Below, piece after piece: positions 1 to 12,871 of a DNA stretch of 64,000 bases. Location: the NCBI RefSeq assembly GCF_964355755.1, contig NC_092671.1, positions 13,950,001-14,014,000 on the forward strand, written 5' to 3'. This DNA is from Antedon mediterranea. Its lineage: Eukaryota > Animalia > Echinodermata. Every line of letters starts with the position of its first letter. Position 1 is the first letter of the stretch. Under the pieces are notes generated by a model. That model was given only the letters and a program-made list of their open reading frames with translations. It was not told the origin of the DNA and did not search any database. Position numbers and translations under genes: made by a program.

Positions 1-3000
1 TGATACTTGGTATAAATGTTCAATATAGGTTGCTCCATCCATATTGCAAAAAAAAAAATGACTATCGAGCCATATTACTGATTTTTTAAATTTACGTTTT
101 TACAAAATGTACACTTATGAAAGACCATACAATTCCAATGCATTTTTTAAACCTAATAACGATTTTGAAAAAAACAACCAACAAAATACGTTCATGAATG
201 AAATTTTGTTTCTGTGAATAGAGCAACCTATATTGAACATATAAAAGAAGTTTCAAATGTTTTTAAATTCGGAAAGTATTTTTTATCGATGTTTTTTGTA
301 TATGTTTTTAAGCAAAATTCTATCCATAACCCTAATTTTTAATGTTCAATGTGATATTTATTGAAGTGCTTTGAATACGTTGACGAAATTGGGAGGTATG
401 ACACCTTGTTAGGAGTAGTATCAGCTTCCAGCATTAAATGTTAAAAATAAGTTTATATTACTCATTAATTAATAATAATTATTAATAAATTAATAGAAAA
501 CTAGAGAGGGCGCATTTCGACAAGGAAATGAATGATTTTTTATGTGTGTTATTTTTCCGCTCGAGTTTATTCAATGTAGTGTAACACTGTTACATACTAT
601 TTTATTGGGAATTATTTTTGTGTGAGTCTTCTTGGAGTTGTTTGAAAGCCTATCCACTTACTTCTTTTCTTCAGAAAACATCTAATTTAGGTCTTAAAGT
701 GACAAAAATACACCTCACATCACCAACCTCCAACACACCAGATTCTCCCAACACACACTTCATCTCCTGAACTAACATAGTACAGTATAAGTCAAATTAA
801 TTGTTTAAAATGTTTTTATTGAAATCAATCTGCCTCAAAAAATATTATAATAGTAACAATAACAGAAAGGTAGATAGGTATTTTAATAATTATTTTTAAA
901 CTTAAAAATGTAAAAAAAACTGAATAAAAGTTTATACATACATTATAAATGAAATAAAATAACTACTATTTTAGTAATGCATACACAAGTACAGAATATC
1001 AGAAATCAATGAATTATGTTTCTAAATATGGCATTATTAGGCTAATTTGATTTGAGAAAACATTAATGCCATTGGCCTATACAAAAAATCAATGCAATTA
1101 GACAAAATAGTTACATAAACAATTAATACTAATATTGGTAGGCATAAAATAATAGTGTATATAAACTTTCCTTAAATATAAACAGTATAGGGCCTTACCA
1201 ATTTATTTAATACATAATAATGAACTATATTACACAAAAGAAATATAAATGAATTTATAAGGACATGATGATTATCAAAAATAGTCAATATAATTTAATA
1301 TTATGTTCATATTATTATAATTATATCAATCATAGAGATTTTCAAAAACATAGTTTGGTAACATTTAGTTTCTTTTTCAGACCTTCAATATTTGGAAATA
1401 ACATAATAATTATAAAACATTCTTTTTTTTTAATGCCATTATGCGGTTAAAAACAAGTACAGCAGTATGCATATGTAGATACAGTACACATATATTGTGA
1501 GAACACAATTTCAATAATTTCTTTGTTAGTTATCAACCTAGGGGTTAAATTTTTAGGAAAACATTGGTTTATTTTTTATATAAATTATACATATGTGCAG
1601 AAATTCGTTCTTCTAGCCTCAGATCATTCCTGAAGTTAGACATAAATCACCCAAATTAGTATTAAGTAATTAAATGAATAGTAGATGAAGTAAGTACAAA
1701 TACATGTTTCAGGAGGATACTTTATGTTAAAGGTGATAATTTTACCCCGATGAAATGTATTCAATTACCAGGTCGAAGTATGGTGGAAACACTACTATAT
1801 GGCAAATTAAATGTACTCATATAGAACACAGTCAGTTCTACCAAGGTTAGAGGTGTGCCACAATTTGAGATAAGTGGACACATGACTTTTTCAATAGTAA
1901 ATTCATTACCAGCATTATAAATAAACTTTTAAAAAGATGAGAATGTAAGTAAATATCAGATTCATAGTCCTCATTATACACAATGATTTTCTACTATCAC
2001 ATATTAAAATATAAAACAATCATATAGCCTTTAACGAATTTACATGGAGGTCTATCCAAATAAATTTAAATAAAAGGGTCGTAATATGTCTTCGTCTCCA
2101 GTTCGTGGAATTGAAGTTAGGATTCCATCATTTCAACAACAAAAAATATTAAAAATTTTCCTGCCAGTTTGCGTTCAAGAGTACAACCTGCTTAGTTTTA
2201 AATATGAGTACTGCTTTCTATACACATAACTTTGATTTCTGAAAAAAAAAAAAAAAATCCCTGTAATAATGTACTTTAATTACTGTAATAATCTAGGCGT
2301 AGATTATGTTGACCAGACCAGTGAGAGGACGATCGACTGTACAGTACTAACATAAGTCCTGTAGGTGGATACAACTTATTTCTTGTCTAAAAAGTGTACA
2401 GTAGTATGCTAATAGTACTATTATTAGATTAGGTAGTTGGAGTAGTTTGGAGAGATACATCTATTTATAAGAGAGTACTTTATTATTATAGATATAATAC
2501 CAATAGGTACCATGTATTGGGATGCAATTCAACAGTTATGAATAAAAAAAACTCTGTATGCTTTTTTCTGGCTGTGAAATATAAAATTGTTAAATGAAAA
2601 AGAAAATTTAGGGTGATCATCCCAGTATTTACAGTCTAAATTTGATCTTTATGCAACAATAGGCATAAACTATTTTTTAATTAACAGGTATAAAAGCAAA
2701 TTAAAAGCCTTACGTACTCTGTATGTTGGAGGAAATAAGCATAAGTGCAAATAAATCCTTGACCACAGGATGTAATTCACTATTTGGAATCAGTGGTACA
2801 CGACTGTGTTGGACCATAATGTGGTCCAGGTTGACGGGCCAGGAATGATGGTAGTGCCCAGTATACTGTGTAGTTTAGCCTCAAGGCAATACCATGTACT
2901 GTAGCTGGATTAGCTTGGAGAAATACACTAGAGATTTCATGAGATTTGGTGTGTGATGATTCAGTTGATAATTAGCTGTGAAAAAAAAGTGTTGAATTAT

Positions 3001-3250
3001 GAAGAAAATATTGTAAAATATAACAAGGAAGTTATACTATAGTATAATTAAGGGGTAACCGTAAAATATATTATAATAATAAATGCAATGGGAATTACTA
3101 TTACTACTAATATTATGTATACAATAAAATATTACAGTTAAATTCATAGGTCGATATTATTTTATTATTATAAGGAAATCTGTTTTAGAATGAGAAAAAA
3201 CCGTCCCAACCTAGATTTGAACCCAGCTATCAATAAAGCTATAAAGCTAT

Positions 3251-3810
3251 TGGTACGAGTTGACCAATTATTTGGGTACGAGTTAGCCAAGTTTGGTACG
3301 AGTTGACATGGGTACGTTACGGGTTGACCAGCACCCTAGAATACGGATAAAGATCAACCCGTACCCCCATGCCGACTCATTCCCATCCCATGGTAGAATA
3401 CTACTTACATGTTAGTTTAGCCTAGCTGGGCTAACCTACCTCACCTCTCACATGCCCTCCTGAAAAAACGCGACCGAAATTACTGGAAACCCTACTACCC
3501 TACCCTACCAGACCTAGTACCATGGAACTATAATAAATGGTAGACGTACTAGTACTGTGTAGTATATGTTAACATGTCTGGCTCTACGAGGCCTTTTTAT
3601 GCTCATAGGATGGCTTTTTTGGGCGTCCCAATGTAGGCCTATGCCTATAACTAGGACAGATTTCCCATTCCTGCAGGCCTGTAGCCTATGCTCTAGTAGG
3701 GCGCCCGGGTGTACCCTGGTCGATTCACCCCTGGTCGACTCGTACCCATGCCAACTCGTACTTAACTTCCTACCCTAAACTCGTATCCAACCAAATAATT
3801 GGTTGATTTC
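3251..3810. repeat. Remnant terminal arrays (GGTACGAGTTGAC units) of a foldback-type element
   Basis: 3251-3336 ends GGTTGACCAGCACCC, and a diverged inverted copy lies at ~3707-3805. The orientation suggests a right end followed by a left end. Confidence 0.6.
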
Positions 3811-4042
3811 CCGCTAGACTAGTAGGCCTAGCCTAGCTACAATATTCATTATGCCCTGCTAAAAAGGTAGATGAGCTACTAGACTAATTACGTAATTCGT
3901 ATAATAATAACAATAATTGACTAGAAGGCCTAAATAAAAGCGGCGGAAAACACCTAGGCCTATCCATTCTTGCATGGCAGTACGAAAACCTGCCTATGGT
4001 TGTACATCATTGTAAATTGTCAACAGACACTGTGCTACAGAC

Positions 4043-6202
4043 GGGATCCAGTCAAGTCGCCCCATCGCAAAGTCGCCCCATACAAAGTCGCCCAATACAA
4101 AGTCGCCCCATCGCAAAGTCGCCCCAAAACAAAGTCGCCCCGGCACAGTCGCCCCATTACAAAGTCGCCCCATCGCAAAGTCGCCCCAACGCAAAGTCGC
4201 CCCATCGCAAAGTCGCCCCAACGCAAAGTCGCCCCATCGCAAAGTCGCCCACGGTTTTATTTCGGAAGTGCCGCCGCTAGTAGTACGCTGTTTTAATCAT
4301 ATAGCGGTTGCGTTTGATATCGATTGCGTTGTTACTTTGGTCGCGCTAAATGTCGTATACATTATAATGTTTATCCAGCTATTATACATAATTTGTGTTT
4401 TAATTTTTATTTTACAGGTTATAATGGAGTGATGTGCTTTTTAAAAATCATTAAAAAATAGTCCCTTGTTTGAAAGTTCTAAAAAGATTTCGAAAAGATT
4501 ATCCCTGATTTATAGTTTCGAAAATGTTAATTTAATATGATTTTAAAATTAGTTACCAGAGCCACAATTACGAATCTTTCTTCAACCTACGCGTGGATAC
4601 CAGCTCATTTTTTAGGATAATATAATAAGTGTATAAATAGTAGGCCTTCGTATATTTACAGTAGTTAAAACAATAACAGCGTTGTAAGACAATAAATGTT
4701 ATATAGGCTACTTATTGATCATTTTGCATTTATTGACAAGTTATGTGTCTATAGTTATTTAATTTTAATTATGACTTTTCAAAATGAAGAAATAAAAAAA
4801 AGGGGATTTCTTCGCCGATATGATCGTTTTACACATGCAGGTATTTTAGTAAAATTAAAACGCTACATTTTGACCATGGAAAAACCATCGTACAGTATGA
4901 TTATCGTGTGCGTGTTTTTTAAAAAGGGGAATCCCCGACGGGCAGCAGAAAGACGTAGCAGCTGTGAGAAGGAAACAGATACCAGAAGGAGCAGCTCCGA
5001 TTGGTTTCAGAGAATGTTTCAGATTGCGAGTCGCTTTTTATTCAACAGCAGAATGATCATTTTACTGAAGAAATTCTTTTCAACCCTTTTGGTTATAGAA
5101 CATTCTAATTATCATGCCTAATAAATATCCTCATATCGGGTGTTTATTTAATTTTAATAAACAAGACAGTGAAGAGGCACGGAATAATACGTACACGGAC
5201 GTACGACGAATACACACATGCACGTCACCATTTACGACATAATAGTGGCGATATCATGATGCAATTTTATAATGGATATAATGATGGGATTGCATTTCCA
5301 GGCTTATAATCAATGTTCATTGTAATACTATGTATATAATAGTAAACTGAATGTTTATAAATAAATTGTTTTACCTAATTTGTTGCATATAAAAAATAAA
5401 AGACACAGACGTAGCCTGCGTTCCCTATAAAATATTTCACATTTAAATTTATGTACTGTTAAATGACATTATGCTGAATAATAGGCTTACTATAATCTTA
5501 AACTATGTTTACAAATTGTCATTTTTAAGGCACACATCTTTCTCTCATCATAGACCTCAGTGTAAAATAAAAACAAAAATCAATTATTAATATAGGCCTA
5601 ATAATAATAAATATTCATCGACCAAAGTAAAAATAATCTAGATCGTATAGGCCTAACATCAATTTATCGCGACCAAAATTAAACGCCACCGATTTCGAAC
5701 GCGACTGATATCATCGTAAAACTCCGACGGGGTTTCCCCATCTTCAGATATGGTGCGTTGTAGTGCGACAACGGCGGAGTAATTACGGGGGTTTCCCTCT
5801 GGTGAAAGCTAGAGCACGTTAGAGCGACCGCGGAGTGATTAGTTGGGGGCTTCCTCTCTGATGATTGGGGAGCGTGCCGATCGTGTGACCTGAGACTACA
5901 TGGAGGGGCTTCCCCTTTTATGCCTACACGTTCCGTGTTATTTTGTGTATCATTGCGACATTTTACGCACTTTTAAACTATTTTTTAACGTTTGGGGCGA
6001 CTTTGCGATGGGGCGACTTTGCGATGGGGCGACTTTGCGTTGGGGCGACTTTGCGATGGGGCGACTTTGCGTTGGGGCGACTTTGTAATGGGGCGACTGT
6101 GTCAGGGCGACTTTGTTTTGGGGCGACTTTGCGATGGGGCGACTGTGTATGGGGCGACTTTGTATGGGGCGACTTTGCGATGGGGCGACTTGACTAGCAT
6201 CC
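4043..6202. mobile_element. Non-autonomous foldback (Mutator/TU-like) DNA transposon with tandem-repeat TIRs
   Basis: About 13 copies of a 15-16-bp AAAGTCGCCCCATCGC unit at 4050-4250 are mirrored at 5990-6195. Both ends read GG.....AGTCAAGTCGCC. An 8-bp TSD CTACAGAC lies at 4035-4042 and 6203-6210. A degenerate inner inverted repeat (IR) lies at ~4290-4352/5662-5722. No transposase was seen. Confidence 0.9.
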
Positions 6203-6218
6203 CTACAGACAGTGTACC

Positions 6219-8297
6219 GGGTAGTAACAAAGTGCGAGGCAGCGAGGCACGCGAGGCAGGGAAGGCATGCGAGGCAAGTCAGAAATTTATGCGAGGCATC
6301 GTTTTACCATCATCAAAAAATGCGAGGCATCATTTTATCATTTCTCAAAATTGCAAGGCAGGAAATCACCGAAATTGAAGTAGCCTAGGCTAGGCCTAGG
6401 CCCGCTAGGCTAGTTTCCTTTTGCACCTGCCTTGTATTTTAACCAACTTTATCCTGAATACCACAGCTTAGAATTAGTAGGCCTACTTTAATGAAGAAAA
6501 ATCACATAAAAGTAACAATAAATCCATTAAATTGGTGATTTTACAGACGTTGTTTTTCTCGCATTTCGCACACTCAATGTTCAATATTTTGGTTTCTATG
6601 GAACGCCAAAAGAGCAAAATTAATTAGAGGGCTAAAAACTCTGTGGAATCCATTTATATTTAACGCATTATTTGGTGAAAATCAAGTACAATTTCAATAG
6701 ATTTTGTCACTGTCAGTAAGGAAAAATGTTACTGTTCACCGGTGTACTGTTGATAATGTACACGGTTTCGGTAACCTTTTAAAGAATAAAATAGAAAAAT
6801 TCATCATAATATCCTTAGTAGGATGTCCTAGGTCTAGACTAGGTAGTGATGTTGATTTAGGATCGATTATTATTCTTTGAAAACAGAACAGTATCAGCAG
6901 TAGCATATTACAGCATTTTTATTGACAAATTAACAAATATATTGAAATAAAACGTGTTTTTCACCAATAAATGCATGAGAAATTGACGCATTCCACTGAG
7001 TTTTAGTCCTCTATTATCGTTGCTCTTTTGGCGCTCCATAGAAACAAAAATATTGAACATTGAATAAGTGAAATTCGCGAACAGTGTACGAGAAACACGC
7101 CTGTAAAATCATTAATTTAAGGATTTATTTGTTACTTTTTATGTGATTCTTTCATTAAAGTACTCATGAGGTATACTTCTATGGTGTGGTATTCACACGA
7201 TAAAGTTAGTTATCAAATTTGGAGTAAAAATACAAGCGAAGGAAACTAGCGCCAGGTTTATTAGTACGTACATGGACAACAATAAATAAAAATCGTTCGT
7301 AATATACCTAGCTTACTAAAACAGGAATAGTGTATCATTATTAAATATTACACCAATTATTATTATATCAAAATTCATTAATTATTTTCTACATAGGCCT
7401 CTTACCTAGGTTAGGGCTAAGCATATTAGCTAAAGTTTAATTTTAGGCCTAGTATTACAATTGTCGGACGTAAGTCTTTTTTCACACGCGCTCCAGAATT
7501 CTGTCGCAATTTTTTTCTTTGCGGCATGTTATTGGATCGCCATATCAGTTACCGTTTATTCACCGCCAGTTATTGAACTTGTCCTGGCAATCGCTGTTCA
7601 CCTTATTTGCGAGAGAGGTACACGTGTTGTTCCTAGAGAATGGAATGTCAAAAATGTCTTTGGCACGCCGCTCAGAGAGAAGTCTGTGCGTTGCTGCTGA
7701 AACCACGTGCTATAGGAGGGGATCAATGCACCACAATCCTCAGAGCTGAGGGCTGAATCATTCCGCTACCTGCTAAATAGTACAGAGGGATTTTCCATCT
7801 CTCGGGTCTACCGGATCTAGGCGCAGGGGTGTGACAAAATATTATTTTCACTCTGCTATGTTCGAGAGACATGTGAGTGAACACGCTCGAAATGCCAACA
7901 AACATTGCAGTCATTTGATGAGTGTGTCGCTATAACAATTATTGTTTATCGAAAGTTGAAGACTGTCGTTCAGATTTTTGAACCGTAGTTTGGGCACTTT
8001 TGTAAAAGTAAAATTTGACACGATATGACTTGAATGAAAAAACAATCGTTACATAAAAATAAACAACATGATGAGTGTATACACGAATCTATTTAGATAC
8101 GCTTGTATCGATTGATTATTAGGCCTATAATATAGCATAATAGCACGTTAAGATATGCCTCGCACCTTTTTGAAATTGTAAACTATATGCCTCGCATGCC
8201 TCGCACTTTTGGAAATGATAAAATGATGCCTCGCACAAATATTTGGCATGCCCCGCTTGCCTCGCGTGCCTCGCTGCCTCGCACTTTGTCAACACTC
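6219..8297. mobile_element. Non-autonomous Mutator-like foldback element with GCGAGGCA subterminal repeats
   Basis: TIRs ACAAAGTGCGAGGCAGCGAGGCACGCGAGGCA at 6227-6360 are mirrored at 8155-8289. A 9-bp TSD CAGTGTACC lies at 6210-6218 and 8298-8306. Confidence 0.9.
6408..7253. mobile_element. Older palindromic MITE nested in the 6219-8297 element (same family as 62214-62592)
   Basis: Diverged ~280-bp inverted arms at ~6409-6682 and ~6958-7253. They share GCTAGTTTCC, ACTTTATC.TGA.TACCACA and GTTTCTATGGA.CGCCAAAAGAGCA with the 62.2-kb copy. Confidence 0.8.
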
Positions 8298-9245
8298 CAG
8301 TGTACCGTGTGTTAAAATTACAGCATTTATAGCAGACAACAACGTGTATAACTAGCTATAGTTTTACAGGTAGCACCTGTGGACAGTAGCAGAATCGGGT
8401 GTTCCACAAACAATAGGCAAATTATATGCTCGCCGAACTGTGTCGCCTCATAAGGGGACGCATGCTAAGGGCACAAAACATTTTCACAAACCCAATCATT
8501 TTCACAAACCCGCCTCGCCACCGGGGTTAAAATTGTGAATTAAATCGAGAAAACTGTGCATTATTTTGCGAGGCCTGTCAAATGCTCTTGTGACCGAATT
8601 GTTTTAGATATATAAATAAAGATGGCGGAAAATGTTAAAATTTCATAACTTTCACAGTAAAATTGTTTACCGAATGTGTAGAAATTAGAAATTTGGGTAT
8701 TGACAAACTGCAAGCCATGAGTACGAAGTGTAACTGCACTATTGTACCAAAAGTGCGAGGCACCATAAAACATATTAAATAATTTTAATATAAATTAGTA
8801 TGTTCATATCAAACATTAGAGGGGATTAATTAAAAAATAAAATCATTATTTTATGTTATGTTGTTCTAAACATACCCTACTACTACTGTACTACTAAAAT
8901 AAAGTCAAGCCTGCCTGCTGCTCCCTTCTTGTTGGTCAGTCTCGCTTGTAGTTATTTTTTCCAAAATGTCCCCCGCCGGTGTAAGATTGAATTGTGTCCA
9001 CCATTCAAAAGTGTCCGGGCGGACACTTTTCAGCATTGGATAGTGTCCAGTTGCATGTTTCAACGGGTTCGTGGGCGTTTTTCAACAATTTAATGGTGTC
9101 CGGCCCATTTAATAATGTCTGACCCATGGATTGAAATGCGTCCACTATTAAATACTGTATCATACGTTTTATGATAGCTGGTTGTTTTTATCACACCTGC
9201 ACTTGTCTTGTCTTTACTTAATGATGCCAAACTCATTTTTTTTTC

Positions 9246-10812
9246 TAATTAAAGATCGCTTTGCCTAAACACCTCCAATTAGGGACCATTATATTATTTG
9301 GTATGTGAAAAGACAAGAATAAATAATTGTTAAGTATTTGACAAAAACAAGTAAATGAAGTGGTCCTCTTCCAATTAAAAATCACTTTACCTAAAACACC
9401 TCCAATTAGCGACCATTATATTATTTAGTATTAATAAAGCAAGAAGAATATATAGTTATTAATTATGTGACAAAAAACAAGTAATTGTACTGGTCCTCTT
9501 TCAATAAAGGACCACTTTACTTAAAACACCTCCAATTAGCGACCATTTTATTAATTGGTATGAGTAAAGACAAAATTAAGTAACTGTACTGACTGGTCCG
9601 CTTCCAATTAAAGCTCACTTTACTTTAAGACACCTCTAATTAGTGACCATTTTTATTAATTGGTACGAGTAAAGGCAAGAATAATTAATAGTTTAATTAT
9701 GTGACAAAATTAAGTAAATGTACTGGTCCGCTTCCAATTAAAGGTCACTTTACTTTAAGACGCCTCTAATTAGCGACCATTTTATTAATTGGTAGGAGTA
9801 AATACAAGAAGAATACATAGTTTTAATTATGATTGTGACAAAATTAAGTAACTGTACTAGTCCTCTTCCAGTTATAGATCACTTTACTTAAAGAAACCTC
9901 CAATTAGCGACCATTATATTATTTAGTATGAATAAAGACAAAAAGAATACATAGTTTTAATTTTGTGACAAAAACAAGTAATATTGTACTGGTCCTCTTC
10001 CATTAAAAAACACTTTACTTATAGACACCTCCAATTAGCGACCATTTTATTAATTGGTATGAGTAAAGACAATAATAATTAATAGTTTTAATTATGTGAC
10101 AAAATTAAGTAACTGTACTGGTCCGCTTCCAATTAAAGATCACTTTACTTTAAGACACCTCTAATTAGTGACCATTTTTATTAATTGGTATGAGTAAAGG
10201 CAAGAATAATTAATAGTTTAATTATGTCACAAAATTAAGTAAATGTGCTGGTCCTCTTCCAATTAAAGATCACTTCAGTTTAAGACACTTCCAATTAGCG
10301 ACCGTTATATTATTTTGTATGAATAAAGACAAGAAGAAGAAATAGTTTATAATCATGTGATAAAAAACAAGTAATTGTACTGGTCCTCTTCCAATTAAAG
10401 ATCACTTCAATTTAAACACTTCCATTTAGCGACCGTTTTATTATTTTGTATGAATAAAGACAAGAAGAAGAAATAGTTTATAATCATGTGATAAAAAACA
10501 AGTAATTGTACTGGTCCTCTTCCAATTAAAGATCACTTCAATTTAAACACTTCCAATTAGCGACCGTTTTATTATTTTGTATGAGCACAGACAAGAGGAA
10601 TAAATAGTTTATAATCATGTGATAAAAAAACAAGTAATTGTACTGGTCCTCTTCCAATTAAAGATCACTTTACTTTAAGACACTTCCAATTAGCGACGGT
10701 TTTATTATTTTGTATGAGTAAAGACAAGAAGTTTAAATAGTTTATAATCATGTGACAAAAAACAAGTAATTGTACTGGTCCTCTTCCAATTAAAGATCAC
10801 TTTACTGTAAGA
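9246..10812. repeat. Minisatellite, ~130-bp unit, ~12 copies
   Basis: GTACTGGTCCTCTTCCAATTAAAGATCACTTTAC...CACCTCCAATTAGCGACCATT recurs at ~9361, 9491, 9594, 9724, 9858, 9990, 10119, 10249, 10381, 10512, 10644 and 10776. Confidence 0.95.
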
Positions 10813-11289
10813 CAGACAGATGACAGTTAACACGACTAAAAGGTGAAATATCTCCCGAGAGCCGCTGTTTTGAGGTTGACCTGACAATTGTGGCCATTAC
10901 CAATTGGGACATTACCCTTGCTGGACATCTGGTAAAAATAAATACTGATTATGCTGCCACTTTAGTACACAAAACGATAAATTAAAAAAAATAATACAAC
11001 TTGTAGCATTCCCTTTAAACTTACAGTAGGCCCTGTTCAAAACTGCTAGTGTAGAAAAGTCAAATCCACCCATGTAATAAAACCTAGAACTAGCTAATGA
11101 TGTAGAAACACCAACAGCTTATTTATTAAATAAAAATCAACATTATACTAATGTACAACTCAACATGTAATGTAGTAACGAAAATTGCCTCACAGCTAAT
11201 GTAGTTAATATCGCCAGCTAATAAAATATTATATATTTTACAAACCTAAATGTCTAAATCATGTGCAAATGTATTTCTCTACTTGCTGT

Positions 11290-11617
11290 CAGTCTATCCA
11301 CCTCTCGTAAGTGATCGGCTTTCAAAACTTAGCACTCTGATCGTAAGCAACCACCCTTGTTAGCGACCACCTTTAATATTTAAAAGGGACTACCTCTGTT
11401 AAGGGACCGCTTCTCACAATGGACAACCTCCTGAAGGGGTAACCACCTCTCATAACGGACTGCTTTTCATAAACTACCACCGCTCGTAGACGACCACTTC
11501 TTTTACCGACTACACCTCCCGTAAGTGACCACCTCAATAGAGGTGGTCATTTGCGAAAGGTGGTCGTTACGGAAAGTAGTCGATTATGAGAAGTGGTCCC
11601 ATAGTAGAGGTGGACGG
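11290..11617. mobile_element. Degenerate Tc1/pogo-like MITE with TAAGCGACCACCTC-type subterminal repeats
   Basis: Starts CAGT..TCCACCTCTCGTAAG, with repeated GACCACC motifs that switch to GGTGGTC after ~11540, and ends AGAGGTGGAC. Confidence 0.6.
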
Positions 11618-12871
11618 TTTTTTTTTTTTAGATTATTCGAAAGAAACAAAAAACCGAATACCCTTGAGTGAACGAATAATTATGATGCGCAATTAAGGTG
11701 TTTAATTTGCCATATAAAATATAAAAAAATAAATATTTTTTGGTAATATGCATCAACAATATTTTTCAAATGTATTTTAGATAAATAAATAAATAAATAA
11801 TGTAAAATCTCTAGAAACAAAAAAAAATATTGTGACTAACCAATTCAATATTTTATTAAATAAAACCAAAAATCAGGCATCTGTGAAAAAAAATATAATG
11901 AAAAAGAACTCACTTTAGCAATGACGAACTTACTTGTTTAAAGTACTTTTGTTATCAGTTAATATTACAGTATTAAATTAGTAACAGTATTATGAATATT
12001 ACAAAATAATATTTTGAGAACTGAAAAATATTTTGAGGGAACAAATATATTTAGGGAGAACAAAATAAGATTTCAAGAACTGAACAATATAAAAAACGAA
12101 TTACTACTTCGAGACAAGGAATGATCGAGAATTTCCCTCGAAATTATTTCGTTCTCTCGCGAATTAGTAATTCGAATTCCAATGAAATAATATTTCGAGA
12201 GAACGAAAATAGGTAGGCCCTATGCCTATATGATTTAGTGATATTCATTCCCTAGAAATAATAATACAGTACCGGTAGGCTATATATTTTTTCAAGTTGT
12301 CGATTTACTTCAAATTGACCACAGGTTGTATATACTCAATCAAAAACAAACAATTTAATTTGATTAGACTATATGTCTCCAGATATAATAATAGTAATAT
12401 TTATTTCAATCGACTTGATATTTTGCGATTCAAGTTGGTATTCTAAGGAATTGTAATTACCCTAACGGGAGTTGGTGACCGTCCAGTGCCCTAGTTTTTA
12501 TGGGGTTAATAATTATGAAGTCGATGTCGATGGTCCTACTTTTTTATCGATGAAAGCTGCCCGGGTGGTTGCAGCCATTTTCAACAGCTGGTATTACACT
12601 ATTCAATGCTGAAAATTGTCCAGTGGACACTTTCAAACACACCGGCCCACCACACAGCCCACCCAGGCCTAGGCCTAGTAATTTTAATATAATATAGGGC
12701 TTCCTATACTAGATGATATTTTGTTTAAAAAAATACATTTCACAAGACTTAGATTTAAAATATCCGTAATCCACTGTATTCGTCCATTGTTGACAGCGTT
12801 GATAAAGAAGCTACTGCCAGGCAGACTGTACTAAGCATACAGCGAATAGCCGTCTCTCCGGCGGGCGGGCT

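Larger units (their letters stand above)
8975..12646. mobile_element. Possible old DNA transposon defined by diverged TIRs, enclosing the minisatellite
   Basis: GCCGGTGT...AAAGTGTCC...GGACACTTTTCAGCATTGGATAGTGT at 8975-9046 has a reverse-complement match at ~12594-12646. No TSD was seen. Confidence 0.5.

Noticed and set aside
3970-6378. ORFs with RWGDF/GATL/KSPHRKVAP repeats
   Set aside because: They are translations of the stop-poor 15-16-bp terminal arrays of the foldback element, mirrored on both strands.
4696-7914. Transposase or captured gene in the foldback elements (ORFs 4696-5121, 7461-7914)
   Set aside because: No DDE, zinc-finger or other recognisable motif is visible. A homology search would be needed.
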